64,000 bases of DNA, taken from NCBI GenBank assembly GCA_903901225.1, contig CAIUQE010000011.1, positions 1,453 to 65,452 of the forward strand. Direction: 5' to 3'. The position numbers were made by a program, and so were the translations under genes. This DNA comes from Candidatus Omnitrophota bacterium (lineage in GTDB: Bacteria > Omnitrophota > Gorgyraeia > Zapsychrales > Fredricksoniimonadaceae). Of the stretch, positions 9,580-19,602 are shown one piece after another. The notes under the pieces are model-generated. The model had not been told where the DNA came from. It saw only the letters and a list, made by a program, of their open reading frames with translations, and did no database searches. Numbering within the stretch: position 1 is the stretch's first letter; the number at the start of each line of letters is the position of its first letter.

Positions 9580-11337
9580 TCAAGTCCGGAGGAAGTGGCG
9601 GTCAAAAAAGGCTGTTTTCAGCTCGACGAATACTGGCCGGCCGTGGGGGCAGGTGAACGGGTCCGCGCAGGCCATAAGCTCCTGAAGCTGGTGCACGGCC
9701 TCTTCACCCTTCATGCGGTCGCCGGCCATAACGGACGCGCGACAGGCCCGGCGGGCCAGCCTGTCAATGTCAGGCTTGACGCCTTCATCATCCCCCAGAA
9801 GCGCCTGCGCCGCGCGCGCCATGGGGCCGGAACCGGCAATAAGCGCCGGCGATGTGTGCAGGGCAATGGCGCCCTCATCCAGCAAGGTCGCCTCAAAACC
9901 AAACAAGCCAAGTTTTTCCTGGGAATGGTCGAACGCCAGGCGTTCCTGCGCCGTAAGCCGGACAACAACGGGGGTCAGAAGATGCTGCACCTCGAGCTTG
10001 CCGGCATTGATCTGGGCGCGGAACTTTTCGAACAGGATCCTTTCCTGGGCCGCGTGCTGGTCAATGACAAACAGCGCCTCCCCTTCCTCAAAAAGGTGAT
10101 ACGTGTTGACGAACGTACCGATCCACCTCGATCGCAGTAAACGTTCCTTCAAAGGATCCTGCGACGGGCGCGCGGCGGCAGGAACAGGTGCCGTAAAAAG
10201 CTCCTCCATAGGCGGCAAGGGCACGCTCACGGCCGGGCGCGCGGGTGCCGCGGCCGGGACACTTTCAGGAAGGCTGGAGCGCTGACCTGGCGCGAAAATG
10301 ATCTTTTCAGGCGCTAGGCCGCTGCCCACCTCTTTCGCGCCACCGCGGGTCATCAAAAGCTGTTCCAGCTGGGCACGCAGGATGCTGCCGGCGCGCGCTT
10401 CCTGCCGGATACGGACCTCGCGCTTGGAAGGATGGATGTTCACGTCCACTTCCGCGTGGGCCACATCAAGAAAAAGGATGAACGCCGGATGGACCCCGTC
10501 GGGCATGATCAGGCGGTAGACATCGTTGGCGTGAAACAGCAGGCCGCGGCTCTGGACGGGCCGGCCGTTGACGAACAAGAACTGCAGGTCGCGGCGCGGG
10601 CGCTGGATATTGATATCACCGGCGACGATCCGCAGGGAGATATTGTCCTGGGGCTTGACAACCTCGCCCTGGATCAGATGCCGCGCGTCAAGGTTAAGGG
10701 CCCTGGCGGCGCGCTCAAGGGCGCTGGCGGCCGGGGGAAGATCGATCAACGCGCGGCCGTTGTGGGTCAGGATAAAATGCCGGTCGAAAAAATACAGGAC
10801 GTACGGTAAAAAAACATTGAGGACCTGCTCCGCCTCGGCCGCGTCGCTCTTGAGGAATTTACGACGGGCGGGCGTATTGAAAAATATCTCCTTCACCCGG
10901 ATCTCCGTGCCCTGCGCGGCCATGGCCGCGGGGCGCGATTCTTCCCGGACCCCGCCTCGGACATCGCACTCCCAGGCCTCGGCGCTGCCCTCCGCGCGAC
11001 TTTTAATATTCACCTCGGCCACCGCGCCGATGGAATAAAGCGCCTCACCCCGGAACCCGAGGGACAAAATTTTCTCAAGATCGGCGGCGGAAGATATCTT
11101 GCTGGTGGCATGGCGCTGGAACAGCACGGCCAGGTCATCGCGGGCAATGCCGCGGCCGTCATCCTTGACATGGATCAGGCTGGTTCCGCCCGCCTTGAGA
11201 TGGACCTCGACGCGCGTGGCGCCGGCATCGAGCGCGTTCTCCACAAGCTCCTTGACGACCGACGCGGGGCGTTCCACGACCTCGCCCGCCGCGATGCGGG
11301 CAATGGTCTCGGGGGAAAGTATCTGCACTATCGCCAT
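9580..11337 (-). CDS. mutL: DNA mismatch repair endonuclease MutL
   Basis: Motifs IAAGEVVERPASVVKELVENALDAGA and LGFRGEAL. Endonuclease motifs DQHAAQERILFE, ACR and CPHGRP. Confidence 0.97.
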   Translation of the reverse strand: MAIVQILSPETIARIAAGEVVERPASVVKELVENALDAGATRVEVHLKAGGTSLIHVKDDGRGIARDDLAVLFQRHATSKISSAADLEKILSLGFRGEALYSIGAVAEVNIKSRAEGSAEAWECDVRGGVREESRPAAMAAQGTEIRVKEIFFNTPARRKFLKSDAAEAEQVLNVFLPYVLYFFDRHFILTHNGRALIDLPPAASALERAARALNLDARHLIQGEVVKPQDNISLRIVAGDINIQRPRRDLQFLFVNGRPVQSRGLLFHANDVYRLIMPDGVHPAFILFLDVAHAEVDVNIHPSKREVRIRQEARAGSILRAQLEQLLMTRGGAKEVGSGLAPEKIIFAPGQRSSLPESVPAAAPARPAVSVPLPPMEELFTAPVPAAARPSQDPLKERLLRSRWIGTFVNTYHLFEEGEALFVIDQHAAQERILFEKFRAQINAGKLEVQHLLTPVVVRLTAQERLAFDHSQEKLGLFGFEATLLDEGAIALHTSPALIAGSGPMARAAQALLGDDEGVKPDIDRLARRACRASVMAGDRMKGEEAVHQLQELMACADPFTCPHGRPVFVELKTAFFDRHFLRT

Positions 11338-11341
11338 AGGG

Positions 11342-13888
11342 TCACTCCAGCGCTTTCTTCATGTCGCCGAGCCGGGCCAAAGCCTGCAGCGGCGTGAGGG
11401 TATTGATATCCAGCGCTTCAAGCCCGGCGGCCAGCGCCTGGAGTTTCGGGTCAGTTCCTGAAAAAAGGTCCGCCTGCCCTGGACGAGCCTCGGGCCCTTT
11501 GAGCCGTTCGCGCAGATTCCCGTCGCGCTCCAGCTCAGCCAGTACCTTCTTCGCCCGCTTGACGACTGACGCGGGCATGCCCGCGAGCTTGGCCACGTAG
11601 ATCCCGTAACTGTCATCCGTCCCGCCGGGAATGATCTTGTGGAGAAAAATGACCTTATCTTCCCATTCGCGCACGGCCACATTGAAATTCTTCACACCGC
11701 GGTACTGATCCGCCAGGAGCGTCAGTTCATGGAAATGCGTGGCGAACAAGGTGCGTGCCCGGCGTTCCGCCAGGAACTCGGCCAGCGCCCAGGCCAGCGC
11801 GAGCCCGTCATAGGTCGATGTGCCGCGGCCGATCTCATCCAAAATGACCAGGCTGCGGTCGGTCAGATTGTTGAGGATATCCGCGGCTTCGGTCATCTCC
11901 ACCATGAAGGTGCTCTGCCCCTTCAGGATCTCGTCGTGCGCGCCGATGCGCGTGAAGATCTTGTCGACCACACCAATGCTGGCCGATGACGCGGGAATGA
12001 AGCTTCCCATCTGCGCCATGATGACCAGGACGGCGTTCTGGCGGATGTAGGTGGACTTGCCCGCCATGTTCGGCCCGGTCAGGACCATGAGATGCGCCGC
12101 GCCACGGTCCATGCGCGTGTCATTGGGGATGAAATCATCCGCCCGCACGGCCTCGACCACGGGATGCCGCCCGTCGATGATGAGGAGTTCTTCCCCGTCG
12201 GTAACTACGGGGCGGACATAACCTTTCATGTGCCGGGCCATGTGCGCGAGGCTGTAAAGGACGTCGATGACCGCCAGTTCCCGGCAGTAACCGTGCAGGG
12301 CCGCCGACTGGGCGAGGATATCCGCCTCCAGGCGGCGCATGATATCAGCTTCAATGCGCAGGACCTTCTCCTCGGCGCTGAGGACGCGCACTTCAAATTC
12401 TTTCAGTTCCGGCGTGATGAAACGCTCGCCGTTGGCCAGGGTCTGTTTGCGCTGGTAATCAGCCGGTACGGACTTCAAATTCACATTGGTCACTTCGATG
12501 TAATACCCGAAGACCCGGTTAAACCCGACCTTCAGGGAATTGATCCCGCTGCGGCGGATCTCCTGGGCCTGGTAAGCGACGAGCCATTCACGCCCGCCTT
12601 CCTGCAGGCCCTTGAGCTCGTCGAGCGCGGCGTCATAGCCCGCCCGGATGACCTTGCCCTCGTTCTTGGCAAAGGGCATGTCAGGATCAATGGCGCGTTC
12701 CAGGGTATCCCGCAACGCGGGGATATCGCTTAGCGCGAAAAATCCACTTTTCCCGGCGAGCGGCACCAAAGCGTCACGGATGACCGGCCCCCGCGCCAAT
12801 GCCTGGCGGATGACCAGCAGGTCCTTCGGCGCGCTGCAGCCGCAACTGATGCGGGAAATGCTTTTTTCGACATCGGGAATGTTTTTCAGCAGCGCCGTGC
12901 CCAGGTGCTCCAGCAATTTTTCCTCATGCCGCAACAACTCAACGGCATCCTGACGCTGGCGGATCTTGCCAATGTCTTTCAAAGGATGGTACAGCCAGAA
13001 ACGCAGCGCCCTTTTGCCCATCGGCGTCACGGTCCTGTCGATCACCTGCAGGAGCGTTTCCATCTCCAGGCCGTAATGGGCGGCGGGCGCGATGAACACG
13101 TATTCCCCGTCGTCGTACAGCGTGATCCGGTCGATGTGCGCCAGGCGGGTCTTGTTCATCTCCCGCAAATACTCGACGAGCGCGCCACAGGCGGCCTGCG
13201 CCAGCGGCAATTCTTCAATACCGAACCCGCGCAGGGAATGCGTGGCGAAATGCGCGCACAAGGTCTCATGCGCCCGGGCGGGCGCGAACGACCAGGGCCG
13301 GAAAGGCGTCATGGCCGTATTCTTCAGCCGCAAGAGCGGGTGCGTAAAAATATCGATCTTGCTCTCTTCGGGAAAAATGCATTCGTTGAGCGCAAGCTTG
13401 GCCAGGACCTCCAGCGCGCGGGACAACGGCAACTGGTTCGTGTGAATGACACCCGTGGCCGTATCCGTGAACGCGAGGCCATATTGTTTGCCGTCGCTGC
13501 AAACAGAGGCGATATAGCGCGCCTCGGCTGCGTCATCAAGATAAGTCCCGGCCGTAATGATGCGGATCACGTCGCGCTTGACGAGGCCCTTGGCCAGGGC
13601 CGGGTCTTCAACCTGCTCGCAGATGGCAACTTTTTTGCCGGCCTTGACAAGCCGGGCGATGTAATTGTCCGCGGAATGATAGGGTAGGCCGCACATGGGC
13701 ACGCGCCCCTCGCCCCCCGCGCCACGGCTCCCTCTGGACGTGAGCACCAGGTCCAGGATGCGCGACGCTTCCTGGGCGTCCTCATAGAACATCTCGTAGA
13801 AATCTCCCAGACGGAAAAAAAGGATACAGTCCCTGTGACGGGCCTTGATGTTGTTGTACTGCTTCTGCATGGGAGTGAGGGGGTCCAT
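11342..13888 (-). CDS. mutS: DNA mismatch repair protein MutS
   Basis: Motifs TPMQKQY, FRLGDFYEMF, TGPNMAGKSTY and DEIGRGTSTYDG. C-terminal clamp motif QADLF. Confidence 0.98.
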   Translation of the reverse strand: MDPLTPMQKQYNNIKARHRDCILFFRLGDFYEMFYEDAQEASRILDLVLTSRGSRGAGGEGRVPMCGLPYHSADNYIARLVKAGKKVAICEQVEDPALAKGLVKRDVIRIITAGTYLDDAAEARYIASVCSDGKQYGLAFTDTATGVIHTNQLPLSRALEVLAKLALNECIFPEESKIDIFTHPLLRLKNTAMTPFRPWSFAPARAHETLCAHFATHSLRGFGIEELPLAQAACGALVEYLREMNKTRLAHIDRITLYDDGEYVFIAPAAHYGLEMETLLQVIDRTVTPMGKRALRFWLYHPLKDIGKIRQRQDAVELLRHEEKLLEHLGTALLKNIPDVEKSISRISCGCSAPKDLLVIRQALARGPVIRDALVPLAGKSGFFALSDIPALRDTLERAIDPDMPFAKNEGKVIRAGYDAALDELKGLQEGGREWLVAYQAQEIRRSGINSLKVGFNRVFGYYIEVTNVNLKSVPADYQRKQTLANGERFITPELKEFEVRVLSAEEKVLRIEADIMRRLEADILAQSAALHGYCRELAVIDVLYSLAHMARHMKGYVRPVVTDGEELLIIDGRHPVVEAVRADDFIPNDTRMDRGAAHLMVLTGPNMAGKSTYIRQNAVLVIMAQMGSFIPASSASIGVVDKIFTRIGAHDEILKGQSTFMVEMTEAADILNNLTDRSLVILDEIGRGTSTYDGLALAWALAEFLAERRARTLFATHFHELTLLADQYRGVKNFNVAVREWEDKVIFLHKIIPGGTDDSYGIYVAKLAGMPASVVKRAKKVLAELERDGNLRERLKGPEARPGQADLFSGTDPKLQALAAGLEALDINTLTPLQALARLGDMKKALE

Positions 13889-13956
13889 AGGGGTATTGTT
13901 ATATCATAAACCCGCATCAGGCATAAAATAATTGACGCTGTTCAGCGCCCCATTGT

Positions 13957-14036
13957 TTTCGCCGCGCCAAGCGACGGGTACCCTTCCGCCTGGAGCGAAG
14001 CGAAGCCGGAAGGGTGGCGCGTTAAGGCAGGCGAAA
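13957..14036. repeat. REP-like imperfect hairpin
   Basis: Outer stem TTTCGCC/GGCGAAA and inner stem ACCCTTCCG/CGGAAGGGT, with a GAGCGAAGCGAAG loop. Confidence 0.55.
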
Positions 14037-14055
14037 TGATTTCAACTCAAAACAT

Positions 14056-14448
14056 TCATAAGAATTTAAGCGGCACGTACTTCCCGAACATCCTGAAATC
14101 ACTGTCGACCGTCAACAATGCACAGCCGTAATGAACGACAACAGCGCCTATCAGAAAATCCACATGCCCCCCGTTGACGCCGTGCGCCTTGCATAAATTA
14201 TAATATTCAGCCGCTTTGACGTAAATTTCTTCGGTGATCGGCAGGGTGTCAAATGCAGCGAAATGCTCGCGAAGGCTGATGAATTCCCGTCGGATTTTGA
14301 CGCCGGAAAGTATTTCCTGAAGGATGGGCCCGATCACAACAACCCGGTTGCCCAGGATCAGTTCCCGCAATCTGTCGGACAAGACCGTGTCAGGCTTGTC
14401 CGCGCGCAACACCCTGGACCAGACGCAGGTATCCACCAGCACCTTCAC
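14056..14448 (-). CDS. vapC: VapC-family PIN-domain toxin
   Basis: PIN acidic motifs VLVDTCVW, QEILSG, VDFLI and LLTVDSDF. Confidence 0.92.
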   Translation of the reverse strand: MKVLVDTCVWSRVLRADKPDTVLSDRLRELILGNRVVVIGPILQEILSGVKIRREFISLREHFAAFDTLPITEEIYVKAAEYYNLCKAHGVNGGHVDFLIGAVVVHYGCALLTVDSDFRMFGKYVPLKFL

Positions 14449-14642
14449 CGCGTCCGCCCTTTTTTATAGTCATAGTGCTCATCAAACGTGATCTTCCCAA
14501 AGGCTGACAGCATATCGCGCTGTTTCAAGGATCGTATATACGCGTGCAACGCCTCGGTAACAGCCGCGCGTTTCGATCTGTGCCGCCCGATCTTCAGCGC
14601 TTCATTGATCAACGCATCATCCAAAGCCAGATTTGTCGCCAT
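14445..14642 (-). CDS. vapB: VapB-family antitoxin
   Basis: MATNLALDDALINEALKIGRHRSKRAAVTEAL. Overlaps vapC by 4 bp, with GGGGGG upstream of the ATG. Confidence 0.88.
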   Translation of the reverse strand: MATNLALDDALINEALKIGRHRSKRAAVTEALHAYIRSLKQRDMLSAFGKITFDEHYDYKKGRTR

Positions 14643-14667
14643 GAACCCCCCCGTCTTTCTACACAAA

Positions 14668-14693
14668 GCATTACACATGACAATGTGTAATGC
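14668..14693. promoter_or_regulatory. Palindromic operator in the vapBC promoter
   Basis: Perfect 11-bp inverted repeat GCATTACACAT-gaca-ATGTGTAATGC, overlapping a TTGCAT -35-like box. Confidence 0.7.
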
Positions 14694-14722
14694 AAGGAAA
14701 TTCGTAACAGGTAAATCTTTGA

Positions 14723-14804
14723 AGCGCAGGGGCGGGTCTGTGACCCGCCCACGTGAACGCTTGGGCCGAGTCAAGTGGGCGGGTCACAGACCCGCCCCTA
14801 CGCT
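14723..14804. repeat. Inverted REP doublet (GTAG-type, REPIN-like)
   Basis: AGCG(C/T)AGGGGCGGGTCTGTGACCCGCCCAC occurs in both orientations (29/30 identical). Each unit is itself a hairpin. Confidence 0.85.
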
Positions 14805-14839
14805 CCAATGTTTTCACCGGACACGTGTGTAAATTATTA

Positions 14840-15619
14840 TCAGTACGTCTTGAAATTCTTCCAGGTCGAATTCCTGAGAGTTACGGTGCCGTACAGATAG
14901 AGCATCGACACATCGGCGGCGGACAAGGCGCGGTTGTAGACGCGGACGTCATCGATGGAGCCATTGACAAAACTTGCATTGCCAGAACCATGTCCAATTG
15001 TAAACGTATTCGTTGCATTATAAGTCACGGACACACCGTTTTGCGTTGAAACAAGTGCGCCATTTATGTATAAATAAGCATTGTTACCGTCAAATACACC
15101 TACAAGATGGACCCAGGATCCAGCACTAACTGTTGAAGACGCACTACGGAAATATGTTGTACCATTTCCAAGACCAAAATAAACCGATCCACCGTATAAA
15201 TAAAGAGCGTATCCCTGCATCCAATGCCTGCTATCAGAATATTCAGCAATAGAAGCACCGTCTGCATATCCAGTTACAGCTACTGGCTTGACCCAGGCCG
15301 ATACCGATATCAAAGCAGGGGCTAAAACAGCTTGTTGCCCAATAGTCACATATTGCGTTACCCCATCTAAACTCATCGCCCCCTGCCCGATCTTCCCCGT
15401 CCCATACGTCGGACTACCTGTACACGTCCCCGTGTTACCGTGATTACTCGCATCCACGACCGTTGCGCCGGCGCAGGTACCCGAAGAGGCTTCGTCAAAT
15501 TTCCACCACCCCACCAGCCCCGACCATATGTCGGCATGGCAAGGAGTGGCTTGAAAGGAACAAAACGATATGATCGAAAATATTAAAAGAATTCGTAGAG
15601 GAGCGTGTTGGCTGGCCAT
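14840..15619 (-). CDS. Secreted LamG/concanavalin-A-like domain protein
   Basis: Signal peptide. LamG_3 motifs GLVGWWKFDE, SVSAWVKP, WVHLVGVFDG, LYING and GSIDDVRVYNRALS. Confidence 0.9.
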   Translation of the reverse strand: MASQHAPLRILLIFSIISFCSFQATPCHADIWSGLVGWWKFDEASSGTCAGATVVDASNHGNTGTCTGSPTYGTGKIGQGAMSLDGVTQYVTIGQQAVLAPALISVSAWVKPVAVTGYADGASIAEYSDSRHWMQGYALYLYGGSVYFGLGNGTTYFRSASSTVSAGSWVHLVGVFDGNNAYLYINGALVSTQNGVSVTYNATNTFTIGHGSGNASFVNGSIDDVRVYNRALSAADVSMLYLYGTVTLRNSTWKNFKTY

Positions 15620-15774
15620 AACTTTTTAAATCTTACGTCAATGTTAATTGCGATACAACAATAATTCGGCAAATACCACCAAACCCGGTCCCGCAAGATA
15701 TTCGTTTTTTTTTAATATAGAACGCTTTTTTATGTAAAAATATATGAAGCTTAATTGAATATTAAAGAGGTCCC

Positions 15775-16743
15775 ATGAAACGATCCGCGTTCGCCATTAT
15801 TACCGCATCCTGCATGCTGCTCATCAGCGGCCCTCTGTGTTTCGCGCAAACCCGGCCGGATCCGAAACTTCCCGTCCAAGCACCGGAAAGTATCGCACCC
15901 TCAAAATACGAGATGAACATCCAGGACCTGGCCAATTCCCAGATCTACCGTTATGGCCGGGAAATGTTCCTCGCCGGCAACTATCCCGAAGCGGCCAAAG
16001 TTTTCCTGGAAATGCTCCGCCTCGATTGCCACAGCAAGATCGCCCGTTACCACCTGGAAAAGATCGCGGACATCGCGCCCAGGCTCGGCTTCCTGCGTGA
16101 AAAACTCAAAAATTCAACCTGCGGCGCGAAAAATCTAAAACAGGAAGATTATCTGCCGGCCAAAGCCTATTACCAGGACGACCCTTCACTCTTGCTCGAC
16201 CTTCTGCTTGCCTCCCATAAAAAGAACCGCCTCAACGAGCAGGACATGAAAGAACAGCTGGCGCATTACGCCACCCTGACCGGCGACCTTGAAACAACGA
16301 TCAAGGTCCTGAAACAGGCTCAATCCGACGGGACTTCCACGGCCCCCGGCCGCGCGCTCGTCGAACGGCTTGAAAAAAGCCGCGCGCTCGCGACGCAGAT
16401 CGAAAAAGAGGTCGTCTTGTTGAAAAACCAGCTCGCTTCAGAGCGGCTGCAGCGGCAAAAAGAGGTCCAGGACCTGCGCACCCGCGTGTCCGAAGCTGAA
16501 GCCCAATCCGGCCGCGATATCCCGCTGGCAACGGATGCCGCGAACACGGCGCCCCGCGCCTATTCTCCCGCGGCCCTGGAACTTATCAATGCCACGGAAC
16601 AAGCCAAAACGCAATTGCGGGAGAAAGAAACGGACCTTGCCAACAAGGAAAAAGACGGCGCTGTCCTTCAATCCGGCCTCAACAACATCCAGGATCGCCT
16701 CAAAGCCGTCCAGTCCAACCTTAACAATACCCCGCAACCATGA
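15775..16743 (+). CDS. Secreted protein with one TPR-like hairpin and coiled coils
   Basis: Signal peptide ending CFA, YRYGREMFLAGNYPEAAKVF TPR-like unit and a heptad-rich C-terminus. AAGAGG RBS. Confidence 0.75.
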   Translation: MKRSAFAIITASCMLLISGPLCFAQTRPDPKLPVQAPESIAPSKYEMNIQDLANSQIYRYGREMFLAGNYPEAAKVFLEMLRLDCHSKIARYHLEKIADIAPRLGFLREKLKNSTCGAKNLKQEDYLPAKAYYQDDPSLLLDLLLASHKKNRLNEQDMKEQLAHYATLTGDLETTIKVLKQAQSDGTSTAPGRALVERLEKSRALATQIEKEVVLLKNQLASERLQRQKEVQDLRTRVSEAEAQSGRDIPLATDAANTAPRAYSPAALELINATEQAKTQLREKETDLANKEKDGAVLQSGLNNIQDRLKAVQSNLNNTPQP

Positions 16744-18506
16744 CACCTATAAAAAAATATATCCTGATTTTGCTGGCACTGCTGCTCGTCATGCCGTCAG
16801 TCGCCCTGGCCACGACCGGCTCCGGCTCCATCAACGAGATCATCACGGACATCGCTTCAGTCCAAAACTATCTTGCCGAATATGAAAAAAATGCCCATGA
16901 ACTCATGGGCCTTATCCGCAGCCTTATGACCGACAATGACGCGATGTACCAGATCCTTTATATCCGCTCGCGCGAAGTAGCGGAGCTCAGGCACAAACTC
17001 TACGGCACGCCTTATGAAAAAGCTTATACCGACGCCATGAAAAACCTTCCCATTGACCGGGTCCCCCAGCACCTGCACCGGGCCGGCGACATCCTCCCGG
17101 AGGGACCCAAAGCCCCGCCCCGCGCGAACCAGGACGCCGTCGATGCCTTGATCGCGGAACTCTACCCGAACATCGCCAAAAAAAGACTCGTCGGGCAAGT
17201 ATATTACGCCCCGCGCACAATGAAGCCCGAAGCGTTCGGCAAAGCCCTGGCCAGCCGGCGTGACGCGCTCATCGCGGAAGCCATCGCCACGTCCGAACAA
17301 CAGAACAACATGTCCCGGCTCAAGGACCAGTTGACCGATATCAACGCCTCGCTCAAACAGGCCAACAACCGTTATACGCTTGCCCTCAAAAAGATCGAGG
17401 ATTACTGCAAACGTCTCGAGAACGATGTTTCACACAAAGATATCGTTGACCTGGCAACGTTCAACAAACTCGTCGCGAACTATGCCGAAAAGGTCAAGGA
17501 GGTAGAGCTGCTGAAAAATACCGTTCGCCAGCAGGATGCCGCTCTCGCGAACCAGAAACCTGCCATCACCGCGACCCATGAACGCATCCAGGCCATTGAA
17601 CGCGCCCGGCCCAACGACGCCGAGCTGGCGCAATTAAAGGCCGAACTGACGGCCTATAAAGATTTTCTCGACCGGCAGGAGGTCCGCCACGCGGCCACTG
17701 AAGACGCGGTGACAAAGACCGCGGTGCATGTCACGGACCTTTCACAGCAGCTCGCGGGCATCGCCAAAGATATCGGTAAACCGGAAGTTCCCGTCGTCGA
17801 CCTGGAAAAGAAAGCCCTTAAGACCCAAACAGCCGCCCTTGAAATAAAATTGAACGCCACGGCCAAAGACCTTGACGCCACCAACAGCAGCCTCAACAAC
17901 CTCACCATCCAGGAACAAGGCATGGTCAAGGAGCTTGAGGCCTTGCGCAAAACGGCGGCCGTGGTCAATGAACTGAAAGATGAAAATACCCGCCTGAACC
18001 AGGGCGTGGCTGATGCCAAAGCCCGGATCTCGGTCATCGCCAAAGACCTCGAAGAAAAGACCGCGCTCGTCAAGGACCTGCGCGCCAAAGCCGCCCCCTA
18101 TGAACAGAGGATCGCGGAGCTCTCCCAGGAAGTCGCCACCCTTTCGAGCAACGAACGCTGCCTCCATCCGGTCCACGATGTCAACCGGGCCCAGGATGAT
18201 CTTGCGGCCAGCGACCTGGAAAAACGCCTGCGCCGCACCGAAGACGCGCTGACCGCCACCGAAACCCGGCTGGCCCAGGCGCAAACCGGAATGACCGCCC
18301 TCAAGGAAGAACTCGCCCGGCGTGACGCGCTCATCGCCGAACTCAAGGCGACCCCGCAGTCCGAACTTTGTTCCCTTTCGCTCGATGTGAAGGAAAAAGA
18401 CACGCGGATCAATGAACTGCAGAACCAATTGCTCGCCGTGCAGCAGACCATAAAAGACCTGAACGCCACCCTCAAGACCTGCGCCCCGGCGGTCAAAACG
18501 CCCTGA
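16740..18506 (+). CDS. Secreted long coiled-coil protein
   Basis: Signal peptide ending ALA, ATGA overlap with the upstream gene, extended heptad repeats. Confidence 0.75.
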   Translation: MTPIKKYILILLALLLVMPSVALATTGSGSINEIITDIASVQNYLAEYEKNAHELMGLIRSLMTDNDAMYQILYIRSREVAELRHKLYGTPYEKAYTDAMKNLPIDRVPQHLHRAGDILPEGPKAPPRANQDAVDALIAELYPNIAKKRLVGQVYYAPRTMKPEAFGKALASRRDALIAEAIATSEQQNNMSRLKDQLTDINASLKQANNRYTLALKKIEDYCKRLENDVSHKDIVDLATFNKLVANYAEKVKEVELLKNTVRQQDAALANQKPAITATHERIQAIERARPNDAELAQLKAELTAYKDFLDRQEVRHAATEDAVTKTAVHVTDLSQQLAGIAKDIGKPEVPVVDLEKKALKTQTAALEIKLNATAKDLDATNSSLNNLTIQEQGMVKELEALRKTAAVVNELKDENTRLNQGVADAKARISVIAKDLEEKTALVKDLRAKAAPYEQRIAELSQEVATLSSNERCLHPVHDVNRAQDDLAASDLEKRLRRTEDALTATETRLAQAQTGMTALKEELARRDALIAELKATPQSELCSLSLDVKEKDTRINELQNQLLAVQQTIKDLNATLKTCAPAVKTP

Positions 18507-19602
18507 CCGCCTCGCGCAGGAACCGTGACTTCCACAACCCTTCGGCCCACTCCCCCTCCGCCGTCGAATCCCAGACAATGCCGCCGCCGACACCCATTTC
18601 GCCCTGGCCTGCGCGGAGCAAAATGGTCCTGATGGGAACATTAAAGAACATGTCCCGCTGTGGCGTGATCCACCCGATGGCCCCGGTGTAGATGCGCCGC
18701 GGTTCCCCCTCAAGCCCGTGGATGATCCCCATGGCCCGCACCTTCGGCGCCCCGGTCACTGATCCCGACGGAAAAATAGCCCTGAAAAGGTCGATGAACG
18801 CAAGATCAGCGGGCATCCTCGCCTCTACCGTCGACGTCATCTGGAAGATCGTCCTGTAACCCGCGACCTCGAAAAGCCGGGGTGTCCTGACCGCGGCACC
18901 GACGCGCCCGAGGTCATTGCGCAAAAGGTCGGCGATCATCACGTTCTCCGCGCGGTTCTTCCCGTCAAAATGCAAACGTATCCCGCCGAGAAATCTATCG
19001 CCCAACCCTCCGGCGCCGCCCGGGCGCGGCCATGAACCCTTCATGGGTTTCACCCGCACGCGCTCACCGGCCTTGCGGATGAACATTTCAGGGGACAACG
19101 AAAGTATTTTATAGGGTCCGGTCTCAATATAGGCGGGATATGGCACATTCTGCCGGGACAGCAGATGACGGTAAAGATCGTACGCGGACCCGCGAAAGTT
19201 GAACAGGTTCTTGAGGCAATAGGTGATCTGGTAAACATCGCCGTCACGGATATGGTCGTGGATGCGGGCGATCGCGCGGGTGTAATCTTCCTGCGATATA
19301 TTCGCCGTTAAATCAGAAACCTCGAACGGCTCTTGGGCCGCGCGCGGCCTGCGGCGCGCGGGAGCGCCAAAAACCCCCAGGCACATCAAAGGAAAATCGT
19401 CACCCCGCAAATGCCCCAGCGCCGGTTCCAGGGCGTAACCGGCCTCATACGACAGGAACCCGGCCACATGATGGCCATCGGCGAGGGCCTGTTCCACCTG
19501 GTCGAAACACACCCGCAAGTCCTTTGCGCGATCACAGCGGATGAGACAAAGAGGATGTTCAAACAGTAAAGGCTTGTTATGGAATTCGAAGAGCGCGCGC
19601 AT
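18493..19602 (-). CDS. pabB: Aminodeoxychorismate synthase component I
   Basis: Motifs GFLSYEAG, GDVYQI, SPEMF, KNRAENVMIADLLRNDLG, FPSGSVTGAPK and YTGAIG. Confidence 0.88.
   Translation of the reverse strand: MRALFEFHNKPLLFEHPLCLIRCDRAKDLRVCFDQVEQALADGHHVAGFLSYEAGYALEPALGHLRGDDFPLMCLGVFGAPARRRPRAAQEPFEVSDLTANISQEDYTRAIARIHDHIRDGDVYQITYCLKNLFNFRGSAYDLYRHLLSRQNVPYPAYIETGPYKILSLSPEMFIRKAGERVRVKPMKGSWPRPGGAGGLGDRFLGGIRLHFDGKNRAENVMIADLLRNDLGRVGAAVRTPRLFEVAGYRTIFQMTSTVEARMPADLAFIDLFRAIFPSGSVTGAPKVRAMGIIHGLEGEPRRIYTGAIGWITPQRDMFFNVPIRTILLRAGQGEMGVGGGIVWDSTAEGEWAEGLWKSRFLREAVRAF

Noticed and set aside
14723-14804. Possible mini-CRISPR array
   Set aside because: There are only two units, in inverted orientation, and no cas genes. 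A REP doublet fits better.
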